Assembly (NCBI GenBank): GCA_001949185.1
Contig: BDGG01000012.1
Location: 1,108,973 to 1,172,972 of the forward strand
Direction: 5' to 3'
Length of the DNA: 64,000 bases
From: Ramazzottius varieornatus
Taxonomy: Eukaryota > Animalia > Tardigrada
Shown: one piece after another, positions 12,077 through 25,739 of the stretch
Numbering within the stretch: the stretch's first letter is position 1
Layout of the letters: every line of letters starts with the position of its first letter
The notes under the pieces: model-generated
What the model saw: the letters and a program-made list of their open reading frames with translations, nothing else
Told to the model about the DNA's origin: nothing
Databases searched by the model: none
Made by a program: the position numbers and the translations under genes

Positions 12077-15000
12077 TCAAACCTCATCCCAGAAGTGGGT
12101 GGCTATTTCGCCGGGTAGATCGGACACAGAAACTGAAGAGTACATGCTTCTCGGCGAGCCAGTTACCGGTGACAGTACAGTGTCTCCTCCAGCAAACTTA
12201 ACCTGGCGAGGAGAGACCGGACTGGGCGAGGACGCACTGCTAACTGATAAAGCCTGTGGGGCTTTGAGCACCTTCCGTAGGGAGTTGAGGTCGATCTGGA
12301 TGCCACTGTCGTTGGAACAGGAACCGACGGTCGACGACTCTCTGACTGATTTCTGCTTACAGTTTGTCTGCGAAAGAAATCATGAGTGAAATCACCAAGT
12401 TCAGAAGATTCTTCCACGGTTCTCCACTTACTTTGATCCACTCATCTTCCAGAGCTTCTTGGGCAGATAGACGCTTGTCGACGTCGACATTGATTAGTTG
12501 TCGTATGACATCTTTTGCGCCTTCTGATATTGGATCCCAGTACGGAGATCGGAACTCAAACTGTCCGCTCAGGATTTGCCCGAACAAGACTTCCTGATCC
12601 TCTGCGTCACTACAAGTGAATGTCCTTTGAAGCGTCTGTTAACTCGAAGAAAAATTTCAACGTACCTTTGAAAAGGCGGATAACCGCACAACAAAATGAA
12701 CAGAGTAACACCTACAAAGTAAAGCTGCCAAGATGAAAGGCTGAACCCTGCTTAGACGTCACAGGTCTTACCAGTTGCCCAAATATCGACCTTCGCTCCA
12801 TATCTGCAGCAAAGCATTATCCTTACATTATCATGCAGAGCACAAACACAACGCGTGGGAACAGCGACCGAAGTACTTACCCAGCCTCTAACAGTATTTC
12901 GGGCGCTACGTAAGTCGGAGAACCGCAGATCTGAGTCAGCACCTCGCCCTTCTTCATCAGCGCTGCCAACCCAAAATCCGCAAGTTTCAGTGATCTCGTT
13001 CCACTGACGCTGTGCGTCACCTACAGAAAGAGGAAGTGGGTAATGAGGATGGTTTTTTTACAAAGTTCTCAACATTTCGGTGTTACCAGTAAGTTCTCTG
13101 GCTTGACGTCTCGATGTACCACAGAGGAGCGATGAAGGTAATCCAAGGCTTGACACAAGGACCGAATCAATTCGGCGGCCTCCGTCTCCGCGAACTTCGT
13201 GTTCTCCGACAGAAGCGAAAACAGGTCGCCCCCCTTTACCAGTTCCATTACTACGTAAAGACGACCGGCAAATGTATACTCGTCCAACAGATTCACAATA
13301 TTCGGATGCTTCAAGCCGCGGAGGATGCTTATCTCGTTGCCCACAGATTTCTGCACACGAAGTCAGTAAAAACTAACGAGTTCTACTTCCTCTCTCAAAT
13401 CATTTAAATATCAGATACCTTATCGCGGATCTTGTTCCTTTCGATGATCTTTATAGCTACTGGTCGTCCAGTTCGCCTGCAAAGAGCACAGTTAAAACTG
13501 GAACTTCAAATACGGAAGTTGACGCGTCCTTTGGCGAAGAAGATACCGGTACAGCTTATCTTACCATTCAATACACTCGTGCACGCTCGCAAAGTTCCCA
13601 TTGCCAATAGCTCGACCAACATTGTAACGATCACGAATATCAGGTGGGTGGTTGATATTAAAGCACGACGTGATCATCTCGTGCTGTCGTGGGAGCGTCA
13701 TCTAGAGCAAAATAATTTCGATTAGTAACCGTTCTAATTTTACTAAACCTCGTATTCGTTCCTCACCCGTCTCGGCAACCTGGGCGATGCGCTGAAGTCA
13801 CGGGCCGTCATTGCGTTAGTATAAGTCCCATCTAATTAAAACCGTAAATTGAAGCTGATCACTGAAGTGGAACTACGAGGAGCTTCCTGTCCACGTACTG
13901 TATGCACTTCTTCCGTTACGTGTATGGGCTTTCCTTCTCACCAAGAGTTTTTGCTCTACAAAGAACGGAAAATTAGCCGTACGCAAATGCCAAAAGCGCT
14001 CGGTGCATGACGCTGTCAGTCAAGACCCCGTACCTTCCAAGTCCAAGTCGAGATCCGACCGAGCAACACGACCGCTGACAGAAGCAACAAACACTTCTCC
14101 GTTAAAGAAGTCCGCCAGTGTTTGACACTATGAACAAAGACAAATATGTAAACAGTTTTAAGTACAAGCCAGAAGGGGTCTTCACACTATCACACATCGT
14201 CACTTATAGGTTTCCCTAACTGCACGATAAACGCACTGATTCCCATAACAGTTTATGTGCTTCTAGAACATCGTAAAGTGTTATGGTCAGTCTCACGGAA
14301 TCATGTTTCCTCCCTAACATGACTACTAAACTCCCTGACAAGTTTGCCGATATCATGGTTTAACTCTCAAGTCAGTAAAGCGGAACAAAAAAGCGATCGA
14401 TATTGACCATCTGTGCGTCGACTGGACAATCATTAAATAGAGCTCTGTGTGTTCAGTCGAACTTGGTCCATAGAGTAATAAAGCCGTGCTGACCCAACGA
14501 AGGTCAGTATACTTGACTTCGGAACAAGTTTTGCCATTAATATCGATCGCCTCTTTGTTCGTCGATGAACACATCACGAGACGACAATCAACTTCGAAAT
14601 CTAAGAGCATTGGCAAAGCCGGAACTCACCTCGCCAAGTTCGATGTCGAAGACTTTCCGAATCGGTCCCGGAAGTGGGCTAAAGAAGTTGGTGGCCTCGT
14701 CGAGAACGTGTAAGAATGACTGGGTGGTTCGCTCATCCAGTAGTAAACGCATCAGTCTTCTCGGCTTTGGTCCATTCAGGAACATCATGACGCGTTTGGG
14801 AGTCATCAAGTTCAAGGTCGACACGGTAGCCTTTGGACCTAGAAAATATACCTGGATTTAGTTTAAACTTGAGGTTCGGATTTGGTTCACAGTACCTCTG
14901 GAAGATCGCGGTTCAGCATAAGAACGGCGCTTGAGAATGTCTTCATTGGGAAGCTGAAGTGACGGCTTAATCGGCAGGTAGTCTAACCGCTTTAGAGTTT

Positions 15001-15436
15001 CCGTCGAGGAACAGACATAGGACTTTCCATCCAGCAAGTGATCCAAACTCGTGACAGTCGTTCCTTCCATGTTCAGTATGAAGCGCACGCCATGGGGCAT
15101 GAAGATTTTGTCGTCGAGAAGGCGAGTCAGATCCTTCATCAAAGCAGTCAGGGTTCGAGTCTGATCAGGTTGGATCGCCACAGTTAAGCCACCGAAGAAA
15201 TGATCTCCATTGCGGAAAAAGCGAATTCTCTTGCTCTTGCGGTCGGTGTTCTCTTGTGCAGTGGACAGCGAGCGATCGCGAGGGGTAACTGATGAAGTCC
15301 TGGTAGGTATCCGAAGGCTCCGAGTCGACTGCTTGAACGGCATGGTTTTTGTGGATTCTATGCTTGGAGGGGTTGCATTCCTAGAGGACGCCCTTGAAGT
15401 TAAAACAGCGGGTATAGACACCTCCAACGCTTCCAT
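12077..15436 (-). CDS. DCLK: Doublecortin-like serine/threonine kinase (2 DCX domains + CAMK-type kinase)
   Basis: DCX1 [14 protein letters not shown]; DCX2 [10 protein letters not shown]. Kinase [26 protein letters not shown]. Confidence 0.93.
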
Positions 15437-16145
15437 CGCTTCCTATAGACAACGATGAACGGTTAGCAAAGTCGTTAACAGAAGAGTGAAAAAGAGTGTG
15501 GGATACTCGTACTACTTACGTTGCTTGATGAGTCCCAAGGATCGCTCGGTCGCGGATAGACGCTTTCTAGCCTAGTGCTTCCATTTCCGCGGCTCGGTGG
15601 GAGCTATGAGCTTCATTGCTTCAGTAGCGCTGCGTCAGGGATAAAACTTGTTTGCGGACAGACGGAGAAAATTTGCCTCGAACGAATGACTGATGGAAGC
15701 GGTCCAACTGTGGAAACATAAACAGAGTGCCGACTGCGGCTTGTTCGATTATCTCATTCACTCGCTGGGCCGTTATTTCTCATCCCAGTCTGTCTTATCG
15801 GAGGGCTCTCAATCAGCAATCAAACAGAGAGCGTATGGTCCAGACTCCCATCGGTTCCGTGGTTCCGCCGTTCGCCGTTCGCGTGTAAATACAGCAGAAG
15901 CAGCTGTTTATGATTCTCCAGAAGCAATTCGTTGTGATCAAATATTCTGGTCTTTGCAGGTGGCCTTAACCTTCGGGCGGAATCTGGTAGACTGGTAGAG
16001 CGACCTTCAACCGTGTCGGCCTTTACGAGCTAGCGCAAAGCCCCTAGCGCTTGTAGAGGACTGCCTCGTGGCTCAGGTGGGACTTGGGAAAACTTTCACC
16101 CGAAACCGTCAAGCAACATCAGTCCCTGCATCCTCGATCGCAACG

Positions 16146-17755
16146 ATGTCAAAGTTCAAGTTGGCGCTAGTTCAGCTGAAAGCGGGGCTGGACAAGAAGG
16201 AGAACGTTTCCAGAGCACTGCAGTTCATAAAGAGGGCTGTTAGCGAGCACCAAGCTAAAGTTGTGTCACTTCCAGTTAGTGTATACCGTAATTTTCTATG
16301 CAAATCAACCGCAATTAACAATTTCCTTAACTGGCACGAGTGCACTCCCCACGAAATTAACCGAGGTCCAACTTGTTACAGGAGTGTTTCAACTCGCCAT
16401 ATGGAACTCAGTACTTTGCTCAGTACGCCGAGAGCATTCCGGGTCCGACGACAGATGCTCTGTCCGCTGCTGCGAAGGAGCACCAAATTTACCTAATTGG
16501 CGGTAAGAACGAACGACGAACCGGCTAGTTTCTAGTGGTACTGTCAAAGCTGTAACCCTGTTCTGCTTGAATCTTCTCAGGTTCGATCCCCGAGATAAGC
16601 GAGAAAAAGCTGTACAATACCGCTACGGTATTCGGACCCGACGGTAGACTCATTGCCACGCACAGAAAGGTTCATCTCTTTGACATTGACATCCCCGGCA
16701 AGATAACATTCCAAGAGTCGGCAGTCCTGAGTTCGGGAGACAAGTTTTGCACCTTTGATACAGGTTTGCATTCATTTGCCCTAGGAGTTCATGAGTGCTT
16801 TGGGTCGTTTCCGTCGGAACGATCTGGTTTTCCAGTAGAATTCCAGGTCGATTTTTAACAACGAGGTTTCTTCCGCCGTTCAGAGTTCTGCAAGATCGGA
16901 GTTGCCATTTGTTACGACATACGGTTTGCGGAGATGGCAATGTGCTATGCAAATGCTGGTATAGTATCGTTTTGGTCCAAGCCTCAGTTTTTCTTGAGTT
17001 GGGTAGTCGTGCAGGGTTTGGTTCAGCTTCCGGGTTGTTCTTAACAGGTTGTAGCTTGATCGTTTATCCTGGAGCTTTCAACATGACCACAGGTCCGAAG
17101 CACTGGACGTTGCTTCAGCGAGCTCGTGCAGTGGGTAAGCATGCCACGTGTTCAGAATATGGTGTCTAAAGTACACCTTTTGGTGGAGGACGCGGAACCG
17201 GAAATGCAGTATGTGTATAGTGATAAAACTGATACATGCATTCCTGCTTCTTCCAGACAACCAACTGTACGTCGCCGGAGTTAGCCCAGCTCGGTCAGTT
17301 CATCTTGCACACATTACTATTGCTGTTCTAGACCACAGTGATGGTCACCCCTGTAATTCCTCAAACTATTGCTCGTTACAGAGATGAGCAAGCTTCCTAC
17401 GTGTCTTACGCCCATAGCAGTATCGTGAACCCATGGTGAGTCCGCAACACTTGCTTAATCACAAGCTACAACCAAGTCACCATGCTCACTAGATTGTTTT
17501 TCAGGGGAGAAGTGTTGGTCGAAGCCGATGAGACTGAGCAAATCATTGCAGCAGATATAGGTAAGAGATGGTTTCATCTATCAATAACAATGATTTGTGA
17601 TCGTGAAATCCAGTAACCACGAAGCTCCACTGGTGCTGACCAGATGAGCTTTTGCAGACACATCACTCATCGAACAAGTCCGGAACCAGATACCGATCAT
17701 GAAACAGCGACGCCGAGACCTGTACACGCTGGATTCGCCATTAATGAGGCTGTAG
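16146..17755 (+). CDS. NIT2: Omega-amidase NIT2 (nitrilase superfamily)
   Basis: KLALVQL..LP|[56 protein letters not shown]. Catalytic E-K-C triad intact. Confidence 0.95.
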
Positions 17756-18155
17756 ACGAACTCCAGAGGGTCCCCACCCAGGGCTATGGTCCAGACGCTA
17801 AAATTGCCAAAAGCTATAGTACGTATCTGTCTGCGACTAACTACCACTTTAAATTTTTTCCGGTGTTATCAATTTGCTCAGCGCGGATACTTGGTCTATC
17901 CATACATCTTTTATCGCAAGATTTTACAGTTCAAAAGTCCGCGAACGGTCTAGCGGAAAGCGATAAACATTTTTGCATAAAACAATAACGATACCCATTC
18001 TGCGCATGTGTAACCAAACCGTAAAGCCAATAAATTAGACACAGGTGAAAAGCGGCAATACGAATACTGTCGCACGACAAAGAAGAAGCAAGATAACGAG
18101 GTAAAAATGCAGATACGACCACAAGAGTGGTGAGTGGCAAATACCGTGTGAAGGC

Positions 18156-20528
18156 TCAGAAGTCCAACGTGTTACAAATGTTGTAAAGAATGTCTGCCAC
18201 AGTCTGCTCCACAGAAGATTCATTTACTCTTTCGGTCACCTGAAGCACAAAAAGGAGATTAATTGTCAGATCACAGTAAAACTCGAAAGGAACAAAAGCA
18301 AACACCGTACGAAATACACCGCAAATTGAAACGAGAACGATTGTTTCAACTTACAGGCAGGAACGCTAAACTTTTCGGAGGAAAGTCAAAAGCTGAACCG
18401 AAGTTAGCTCTAACAACGCAACTTTTATACAGAGAAATGCAAGGAAAGTAATGCCCGGCGTTGATGTCGCTAAAAGCTACCCCTTGCGATACCCCGTTCT
18501 TGAAGAACGTGATCTGCAAAACCGAAGAAATAAACAGGTAATTGAAGCTAGCCACAACACAAGCTTTCCACATACCTTGCTTCCGGGTACAGAACGAAGC
18601 TGCTGGACTTGTTTGGCTACCTCATCCTTGACTTCGTAGTACAGATGGTTTTTGTACTTGACGAGGGGCTGAAGCAAAAACCACAATCAACAGGCACATA
18701 ACACTGGGCGAGCTGGGGAGTTACTTCCAGTTAGCAAACAGCAACTTACTTCGCTCTTGCAAGAGTCCGGTAGTACGTCCGCCACTTTCTCCGGTGGCGG
18801 AATTTCGATGTAGCACCCAATAACATCGCCTACTCCGTATCCATCGGAGTAGTGCTTGCCCCTCGAGTCGTGGAACTTCGTGCCTTTCCGGGATCTCCAG
18901 CTGTAGCCGAAGCGGTCGTATCCGAGAGGAGCCTGCAGTACTGAAAAGACCGTTCCCCATCCTGCTCGGATGGCGGCGTTTCCCGGGCATTCGAGCACCT
19001 TGAACTCGTAGTACCAGCGTCCATAGCTTAAAGAGTGCGTACCACGAACCATGGAGTAGCCTTTGTCACCAGTTACCGTAAGACCATCTGATGACATTCT
19101 CAACTGAGGAGCTAGAACAGAAAGCGAAGATTAGCACGAGAATGGAGAAGAAATACAGTAAATGTAAAAGAAAGTGCTGTCTAACATTACGAACCTCGTT
19201 CTTGGGCGGAAAGGCTCATCTTGGTTTCCACAAATACTCGGTACATATGCGGCGGTATCTGTCGACCCTGTTGATCGTGCCACTCATCTGGGTTGTTGAG
19301 GTACGTGGTACTGAGAGGAGAGTTTCTATCACATTCGGCGAGTATATATCGGAACGGTGGGTTGTTGGCGGGGAACTCTGTGGGTACCCCGGAAGGGAAG
19401 GCTTTGAGAGCGGTCAGCGGATCCATCTTCGGTTGAGGTGGTGCGGTGGGTGCCGTTGCGCTCTTCTGGCGTTTAACTGATCGCACAGACTTTTCAAAGG
19501 CGGCTGCAGAAACCAATCTCGTTATGCATGGCTTCGTTGCGTATTCGTCGTAGCTACCTTGTGCTTTCTGCTTACCCGTGGGAGCTAGACGCTTCTCGGA
19601 TTTGCCAGTAAAAACAACGAAGTCGTAGGGGTTGATTTGACGAAGGTTCGTGATCTCAAGGCTGTACCGCGCATCCGTACTGTCTTCGTCCTTTTCCATA
19701 CTGAACAAAATCTTGTTCGTGTTCGAACTCTGCAGAGAATCAAATAAATCTTATCAGCATCAGGGGAAAAGGCACCGACTGAAGAAGTTTTCTCACCAGT
19801 ATTTTCGAAACGGTTTCGCGCCATGTCGACTTATTGCGTCGAGAGTCGCTGGTCATCTTGTCCCAATATCGGTCGATGAATGGTATAATTTCGCGATCTC
19901 TAGAAAACGCCCTCTCGATGCTGCCTCTCTTCTCACAGGCTGCGGTCAGGTTGGCGATTGCGGTCGTGCAGAGCTCCAAGAAGGTGAAAGCCTTCTCGAG
20001 ATAATGGTGCGCACCCGAATGACTGCACGCTGCGCAGGTGTACTCGTAGTTCAGGCTATGGGGAAGACAGGGCTTTATGCTGCAACAACAGAATCATGTG
20101 TTCGCGTAATTCTGTGCACTTTTGCCAAGTACTGTGCCACAGAGACTGCGGTAACATACCTCAATGGACCACGACTGGTGTTTCGGACAACTCGTAAAGG
20201 AAACCATGTTCCACATCCCGAGCACTGATATTCCGCTGTATCGAAGAACCTGCAGCATCAGACAGAAGAGCACGATCATATGTTATGACAGCGAAGCGAC
20301 AGGACCGTACTGTACACACCTCACGTCCACAAGGTCGAGAGCAGAGGGCTTCTTGACGCCAGGCGTTTGGCTTCCCTTCTCGTCCGGTGATCCTGGTGCG
20401 GAATCGGTCGAGGGACTTGGGACAGCTGTCAATGGCTTCATGACGGACAACATGGTGTCTGCTGGCTCGGGGAAGTTCGGACTGGCCATGTTGGGCACTA
20501 TGGCCATGTTCACCGTATCGGCGGACAT
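18156..20528 (-). CDS. ASH2L: Set1/COMPASS subunit ASH2 (PHD-winged helix, SPRY, DPY30-binding motif)
   Basis: [46 protein letters not shown]-terminal [10 protein letters not shown]. Confidence 0.95.
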
Positions 20529-20939
20529 TAGGAAGATGGAAGAAAACAAATAGAGTGTCAGGACCGGCTAATTCGCTTCCGTGGACACCGTCAAACTTCC
20601 CACACAAACATCTTCTGCGACCACCAGATGGACGAGAGCGAGAGGATTGACATGTTGCAAAGTGGAAGATCCGAAGATCATTCCGCTGCGGAATCATACC
20701 CATAACCAAATCAATAATCAAACATCGACAAACAAACATAGCTTGATTACTTGATTCGGTGGCGAGGTGATATTATTTTTTACAGATTTGCAGTTTTCGT
20801 ATCGTTTTATCGAAATTAATTTTTTTGAAAACTTTTTCATTTTTCCTTTGCTTTCTGGACCTTAAAGTCCCTTTGCATTTCGACATCTTGAGCAGAAATC
20901 TTTCTGGGAGAAACTTGGATCACGTATCGCACAAAAGAA

Positions 20940-21618
20940 ATGGCTCCCGTAACTCTTCCGGTTAAGAAGACCTTCTTTCAGGTTACGGAGTTGAAATGGA
21001 TGTTCCTCATCAGCGCGGGTTTGGGAATGTTGGTTGTAAGTTTAATTTTGGTACCTCAGCTACCCCATCGACCTCATCATACTGATGGATTTCATTGCAG
21101 TGGAGCTGGCTGTCTCCTCTGACAATTCCGGGACCAGGAGGCTGGTATTTGGGACCACTGGGAGCACTCGGACAATATCTAGGCGTCTACTACCCGGCTG
21201 TTGTTAGAGCGATGTAAGATGATACCTTTTATACGGTATTTACTTTTGCATTTCCTTTGTTCCTGTTGTTCGTGTTCGGACATTACACTCCAACATCTAG
21301 TCCGCTGAATGCACTATTTAACAACATTCTTGGTTTGCAGAGTCTACCTCACATCGTTGGTTCATGTGGGGGAAGCTCTTTTCGCCGTGAAGCTCTGCCG
21401 GTATGTTCGAAATGCTTCTCTGATAACCCTATTGCGAGCATATATATGTGTATAAATAGGCGATTAGAGCACTTCCGCTGTACAGATGCTTTTCTGTTAT
21501 TAGGGATAGCAATCTGACAAGAACGACTGCGCTCAAGTGGTTCGTCCAGACGTTGTGCTTTGGAATCGCATCTCTTGGCATCTTGTGGACCCGAACAAAA
21601 GCGGCAAAACGATTTTAA
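20940..21618 (+). CDS. TMEM254: Transmembrane protein 254-like
   Basis: Spliced: ..YLGPLGALGQYL..HVGEALFAVKLC..KWFVQTLCFGIASLGIL. Matches the TMEM254 family motifs HVGEAL and WFxQTxxFGIASL. Confidence 0.8.
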
Positions 21619-22326
21619 CGTACTGTATTCCTACCTGACCAGAGAGTCTCTTCTTCATGGACTCGTGGTTTATGATTTTATCTGTATGATTACGTTGTCT
21701 TTTAGACGAATTAGATCGCCTGATCTTCGCGTTATAACATTCGTCTTTAAGAATTTTTCCTGGGAAGATTGCTTTCGTTAAGCTCTTCCTGCAGTATTTC
21801 TTTCTTCAAAATGATCGGCGAGGGTCTGTCGCACTTCCGACTTGTTAACATGTGCTTCCTCTTCCTGGTTTCCATCGGTGCTGCACTTTGAGTCTTTCTA
21901 AGGGGGATGCTCAATAAGTTTTTGGTTTCACGTTTCGTTTCATATGTTCTAAAAACTTACTTGTCGAACACTGTCCTAGACATGCGCTGCGGGAAACCAG
22001 CTGGTACCCGGAAATGGTAGAACTTAACACTGGTAGCGGTGGTTAATTTATCATACTGTAATGGCTCGCGATCATAAAAATGTACGTCACATAATAAAAG
22101 TATAAAACATGCAAGCAAGGCCACATTAATTCTGAGAAAAACATCTTCGCACCGAAGCCATCTTTGACCGAAAGACCGCAGTCTGTATGCAAACGAAAGT
22201 ACTACCATATGCAGCGAACTAAAACAGAAAAACGAAACTGTTCAGACGTTCGCAGCCTTCAGCAGTGATTTCCAAAAAGCACTGTGACAAAAATATTCAA
22301 CTGTGAGATTAACTGAGCACAAAATC

Positions 22327-24121
22327 TTATTTGGGGCCATCATCCACCAACATGAATGCGTCCATAAACCGGGGTGACGACAGCAGTCGAGCCATGTCCG
22401 CTACGTCCTTCTTGTCCTTCATGTAGATCTCGTCGTAGTTCGTTCGAAGGAAGATCAGCGAAGCTCGCAGCAGGAGGTTAGCACGGAACTCCCAAGCGAA
22501 CCGCACAACCTGCGTCACATTCTCTTTGGTGAGGTTAGAGATTGCCGCGATTTGGGCAAGTTCGGACAGAGCAGGCATGTCCAGCGCGTCAGCTGCTTGA
22601 ATCAGTTCCATCACGAGTTCCGAGATACCAAACGGAATTCTCCGTTCCACGAGGTAGTACAGCACCATCGGGACAATCTCTGGATACGCTGTGAAAGGCG
22701 CCATTTGCGGAAAGAGCAGACACTGGTCAAAACTACGAGACCACGCATCTGTCAAGAAAGCTCGAAAGTACCCAGAAGAGGAAGCCAACAGTTCTCGTGA
22801 AACATAATAGTATTCTTCGCCCACACCACTAATTTTCACTGCGTCTGACTGTCTTGTGTTGTTTTTGATCACATCGATAGCGTCTCTGTAATAGCTCTCT
22901 CGGTCTTTCGGATCGGAAAACTGGCTGAACGGGAAGCCAATGCGGGGAATACTGTAGTCGGTATGTTTCAGTGTCAACGACATACGAATTGAAGAGCCTG
23001 AGTAGATTTGGTGGTTTGGCTTCAGCCAGTCCCCTCGAGGATGAGCTCCTTGGACTTTATCGTGACCGTACCCTACAACGACGAAATAAAAAAGGTAAAA
23101 ACTTGATTAAATTGGCAATGGACCAGTTTCGAAGTAGGCTTCGTACCTTGGTGGCCGTGAGGACTGGTCCACGAGTGCACGTTTGTGGAGTCAACCACGA
23201 CACAGTTCTCGGCCAAGCAGTACATCTCTATCGGTTCTCTCAGAGTCATTTCGTAGCTGCCAATCTTCAGAGTCAAGCCGGAAACGGACAAACCTGCAGC
23301 TGCCGGCCCATCCCATCGAATGACAGCCAGGAGAACGCACGTTGGATTGCTGGGGTCTCTACTCACACTCAAGGTGTCCGTTAAGGAACGCCTAGTGTCG
23401 TTCTGCCGTTTGCCCGTAAGGCGAGCGGCGATACCCTCTCGAAACGTACGAAGTCGCTCGGTGCGACTTGGGCCTCCGGCGCTAGATGAAGATGAGCTAG
23501 TTCCGGGAGAGCTAGAGGACATCTTGGGCACTAGCTCGAGCTCTTTCAACACGCGAGAGTCCTCCAAAGGGACACGGAAGTTGAACGACATGGTCGCATC
23601 GTCAATAATGGCTATAAGAATGCAACAGTAATATTAATTTATAATATTCAGTTCCATTTCGCATTTGGGAACTTGGCAAACAAACTCGAGAAGACTGTTT
23701 TCCCAAAGTGGCGCACTTTCTGCAGCTATTCACCGAACGCGTGAGCTACTCGAAAAAACGATGTAGTCGATGATGTTTGCCGATTTCCGGTTAGTAATTT
23801 CTACTCACGAAGCAGTTCCAGATCGATACTCCAGTTAATTTCCACAAACGGCGTGAGCTGTAGACTAGGTAGTTCTTGGATTCGCTCTACTTCGGCCGAG
23901 AAGTTATGAGCATTGCAAGGTATGGAATATTCACTGATGGCTTGGAGTGGCTCTCCGTTCTCGAAGGCTGTCTTCACTTCCACCCGATCGAACCCGACTT
24001 CTTTGGCATAAACCGACAGCGTCTCCGTTTCGACGAGCTTGCATTCCGTGATGAACTTCCGGTGGTTCTGGATAGCCAGTTTCAGTGACGGCGCATCCAT
24101 ATCTTCTTGATTCGCGGCCAT
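22327..24121 (-). CDS. BTB/POZ(-BACK-like) protein, possibly a divergent MATH-BTB; 3 exons, ~507 aa
   Basis: Exons 24121-23809, 23611-23147 and 23072-22327 join in frame via GT-AG (1524 nt). BTB: SDAVKI..VSRELLASSSGYFRAFL..ELIQAADALDMPALSELA..LTKENV. Confidence 0.75.
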
Positions 24122-24335
24122 GTCTTTGGAAATACGCGTCTCCTGCCGTCCGTACTAGTGCTGGTGAAGAATGAAGACTATAACGCAGCCCACTACACGA
24201 ATCCCTTCGGAGCTTTCGTTACCTAATATCACAGACGTTGTAGCACAAGGAAAGACGAGGTCCGAGGAACAGTTAGTCAGTCATGAAGAATGAAGAATGA
24301 AAATCTCTATAAAGTACCGTACTGTCGTCTAACCT

Positions 24336-25237
24336 CACAAAGGGTTTACGCCAGTCTGTCCACTCTGATCTTCAAATAAATACGACAGAAAGATAGAGAA
24401 GAGTTNNNNNNNNNNNNNNNNNNNNNNNNNNNNNNNNNNNNNNNNNNNNNNNNNNNNNNNNNNNNNNCCAGTCTGTCACTCTGATCTTCAATAAATACGA
24501 CAGAAAGATAGAGAAGAGTTTGCTCCACACACCGAGATGGACTGAATCGGCGGAATAAAATCCTGGAAGACACCGCAGGAAGCGGAAGTGACGTCAAAAT
24601 TCAGGGCGGATCGTCAGTGTGATAGTAAATCAACCGATTTGATTGCCTACTGCTTGATTTCATACTAGTTGATCCCGCTGCACTTGCACTCTCCGCTCAG
24701 CTGAGCGCAACCCGTTTTGTTGTACCTGTTCCTTCTTTGCTCTTACCTTCTTCGTTCCGTTACTGAGTAATCTCTACACGTGGCCGCTATGGATTACGTC
24801 AATCCGTTGAATGTTCTGAAGCTTCTGGGAACGACTGCAAGCAGTTCTTCCAACTGGACGATCAACCGAGCGAGGCAGACAAGCAGCTGAAGACACTGAA
24901 CAAAGGTATCATTGCCGTTGACAATACAAAACATTGCAGTGAGATACTCCACCAGCTTCTGTTCTTACTCCAGAGTTAATGGATATCAAAATCAACCAAG
25001 CTGGAGTGCAGCGGGATTAATCAATATGAAATCAACCAGCAGGCAATCAAATCGGTTGACTTACCATCACACTGATGATCCGCCCTGAATTTTGACGTCT
25101 TTTCCGCTCTCTGCGGTGTCTTCCAGGATTTGATTCCGCCGATTCAGTCTATCTCAATGTGTGAAGCAAACTCTCCTCTATCTTTCTGTCGTATTTGTTT
25201 GAAGATAAGAGTGGACAGACTGGCGTAAATCCCTTGT
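24336..25237. repeat. Large inverted repeat (arms ~230 bp, ~310-bp spacer); left arm interrupted by an assembly gap
   Basis: 24468-24690 (ccagtctgtc..gatcccgctgcact) aligns as reverse complement to ~25003-25237 (agtgcagcgggat..gacagactggcgtaaatcccttgt) with scattered substitutions. Confidence 0.9.
24406..24467. other. Assembly gap (N run)
   Basis: N run; the ~55 bp on either side are near-identical copies, consistent with overlapping contig ends. Confidence 0.95.
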
Positions 25238-25739
25238 CAATACCATAGTGGGATAGTCCCGCGGGTTAGACCCGAAGGGACGCAGTAGTACGTTAGACAC
25301 TGTCAACACGTGACGTCAATTATTCGTAATAAGATTTTGCGTTTTCGCAATCTCTATAATCAAACGAATGCCATAATCAAATGAATCAACCGTAACCCAC
25401 ACAGGTAGTTTTGGAAACCGTGCGTCAGTAAGGAGGATCTGTTTACGGTCGAATTCTCGATTCGCGTCGGGTCGGGCCTTTCAAGTTCTTCCGATTAGAT
25501 TTCACTTCTTGATTCCTTTGAAGGTTGATACGCTTCAAGCGCAACCGAAAAGTAAGAAGTATCGAGCGTGGAGCGTTGCTCGAGCCGAGGTAAGGTAATT
25601 TAGTCCTGATCATAGCCGATTCTGTTAATCAACCAGTCTGCTTGTGTAGCTGTCGTCAGCGTGGGCTGGAGTACTGCAGCGGCAGCGGTGATCAGAGGAG
25701 TGAGTGGAAATCTGGCCGTATCGGCTGAGGCGCGCGATA

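Noticed and set aside
16579-16592. tRNA T-loop-like GGTTCGATCCC
   Set aside because: It is the NIT2 acceptor/exon encoding GSIP; no cloverleaf.
17560-17644. Possible box C/D snoRNA in a NIT2 intron
   Set aside because: Box C is degenerate, there is no terminal stem, and the CTGA coincides with the branch/acceptor region.
19650-20739. Long alternative ORFs (192 aa on each strand) over ASH2L
   Set aside because: Antisense or alternative-frame shadows of ASH2L exons with no recognisable motifs.
24351-24520. Apparent ~55-bp tandem duplication around the N run
   Set aside because: The copies differ only by single-base losses in short runs and flank the gap, which points to overlapping contig ends rather than biology.
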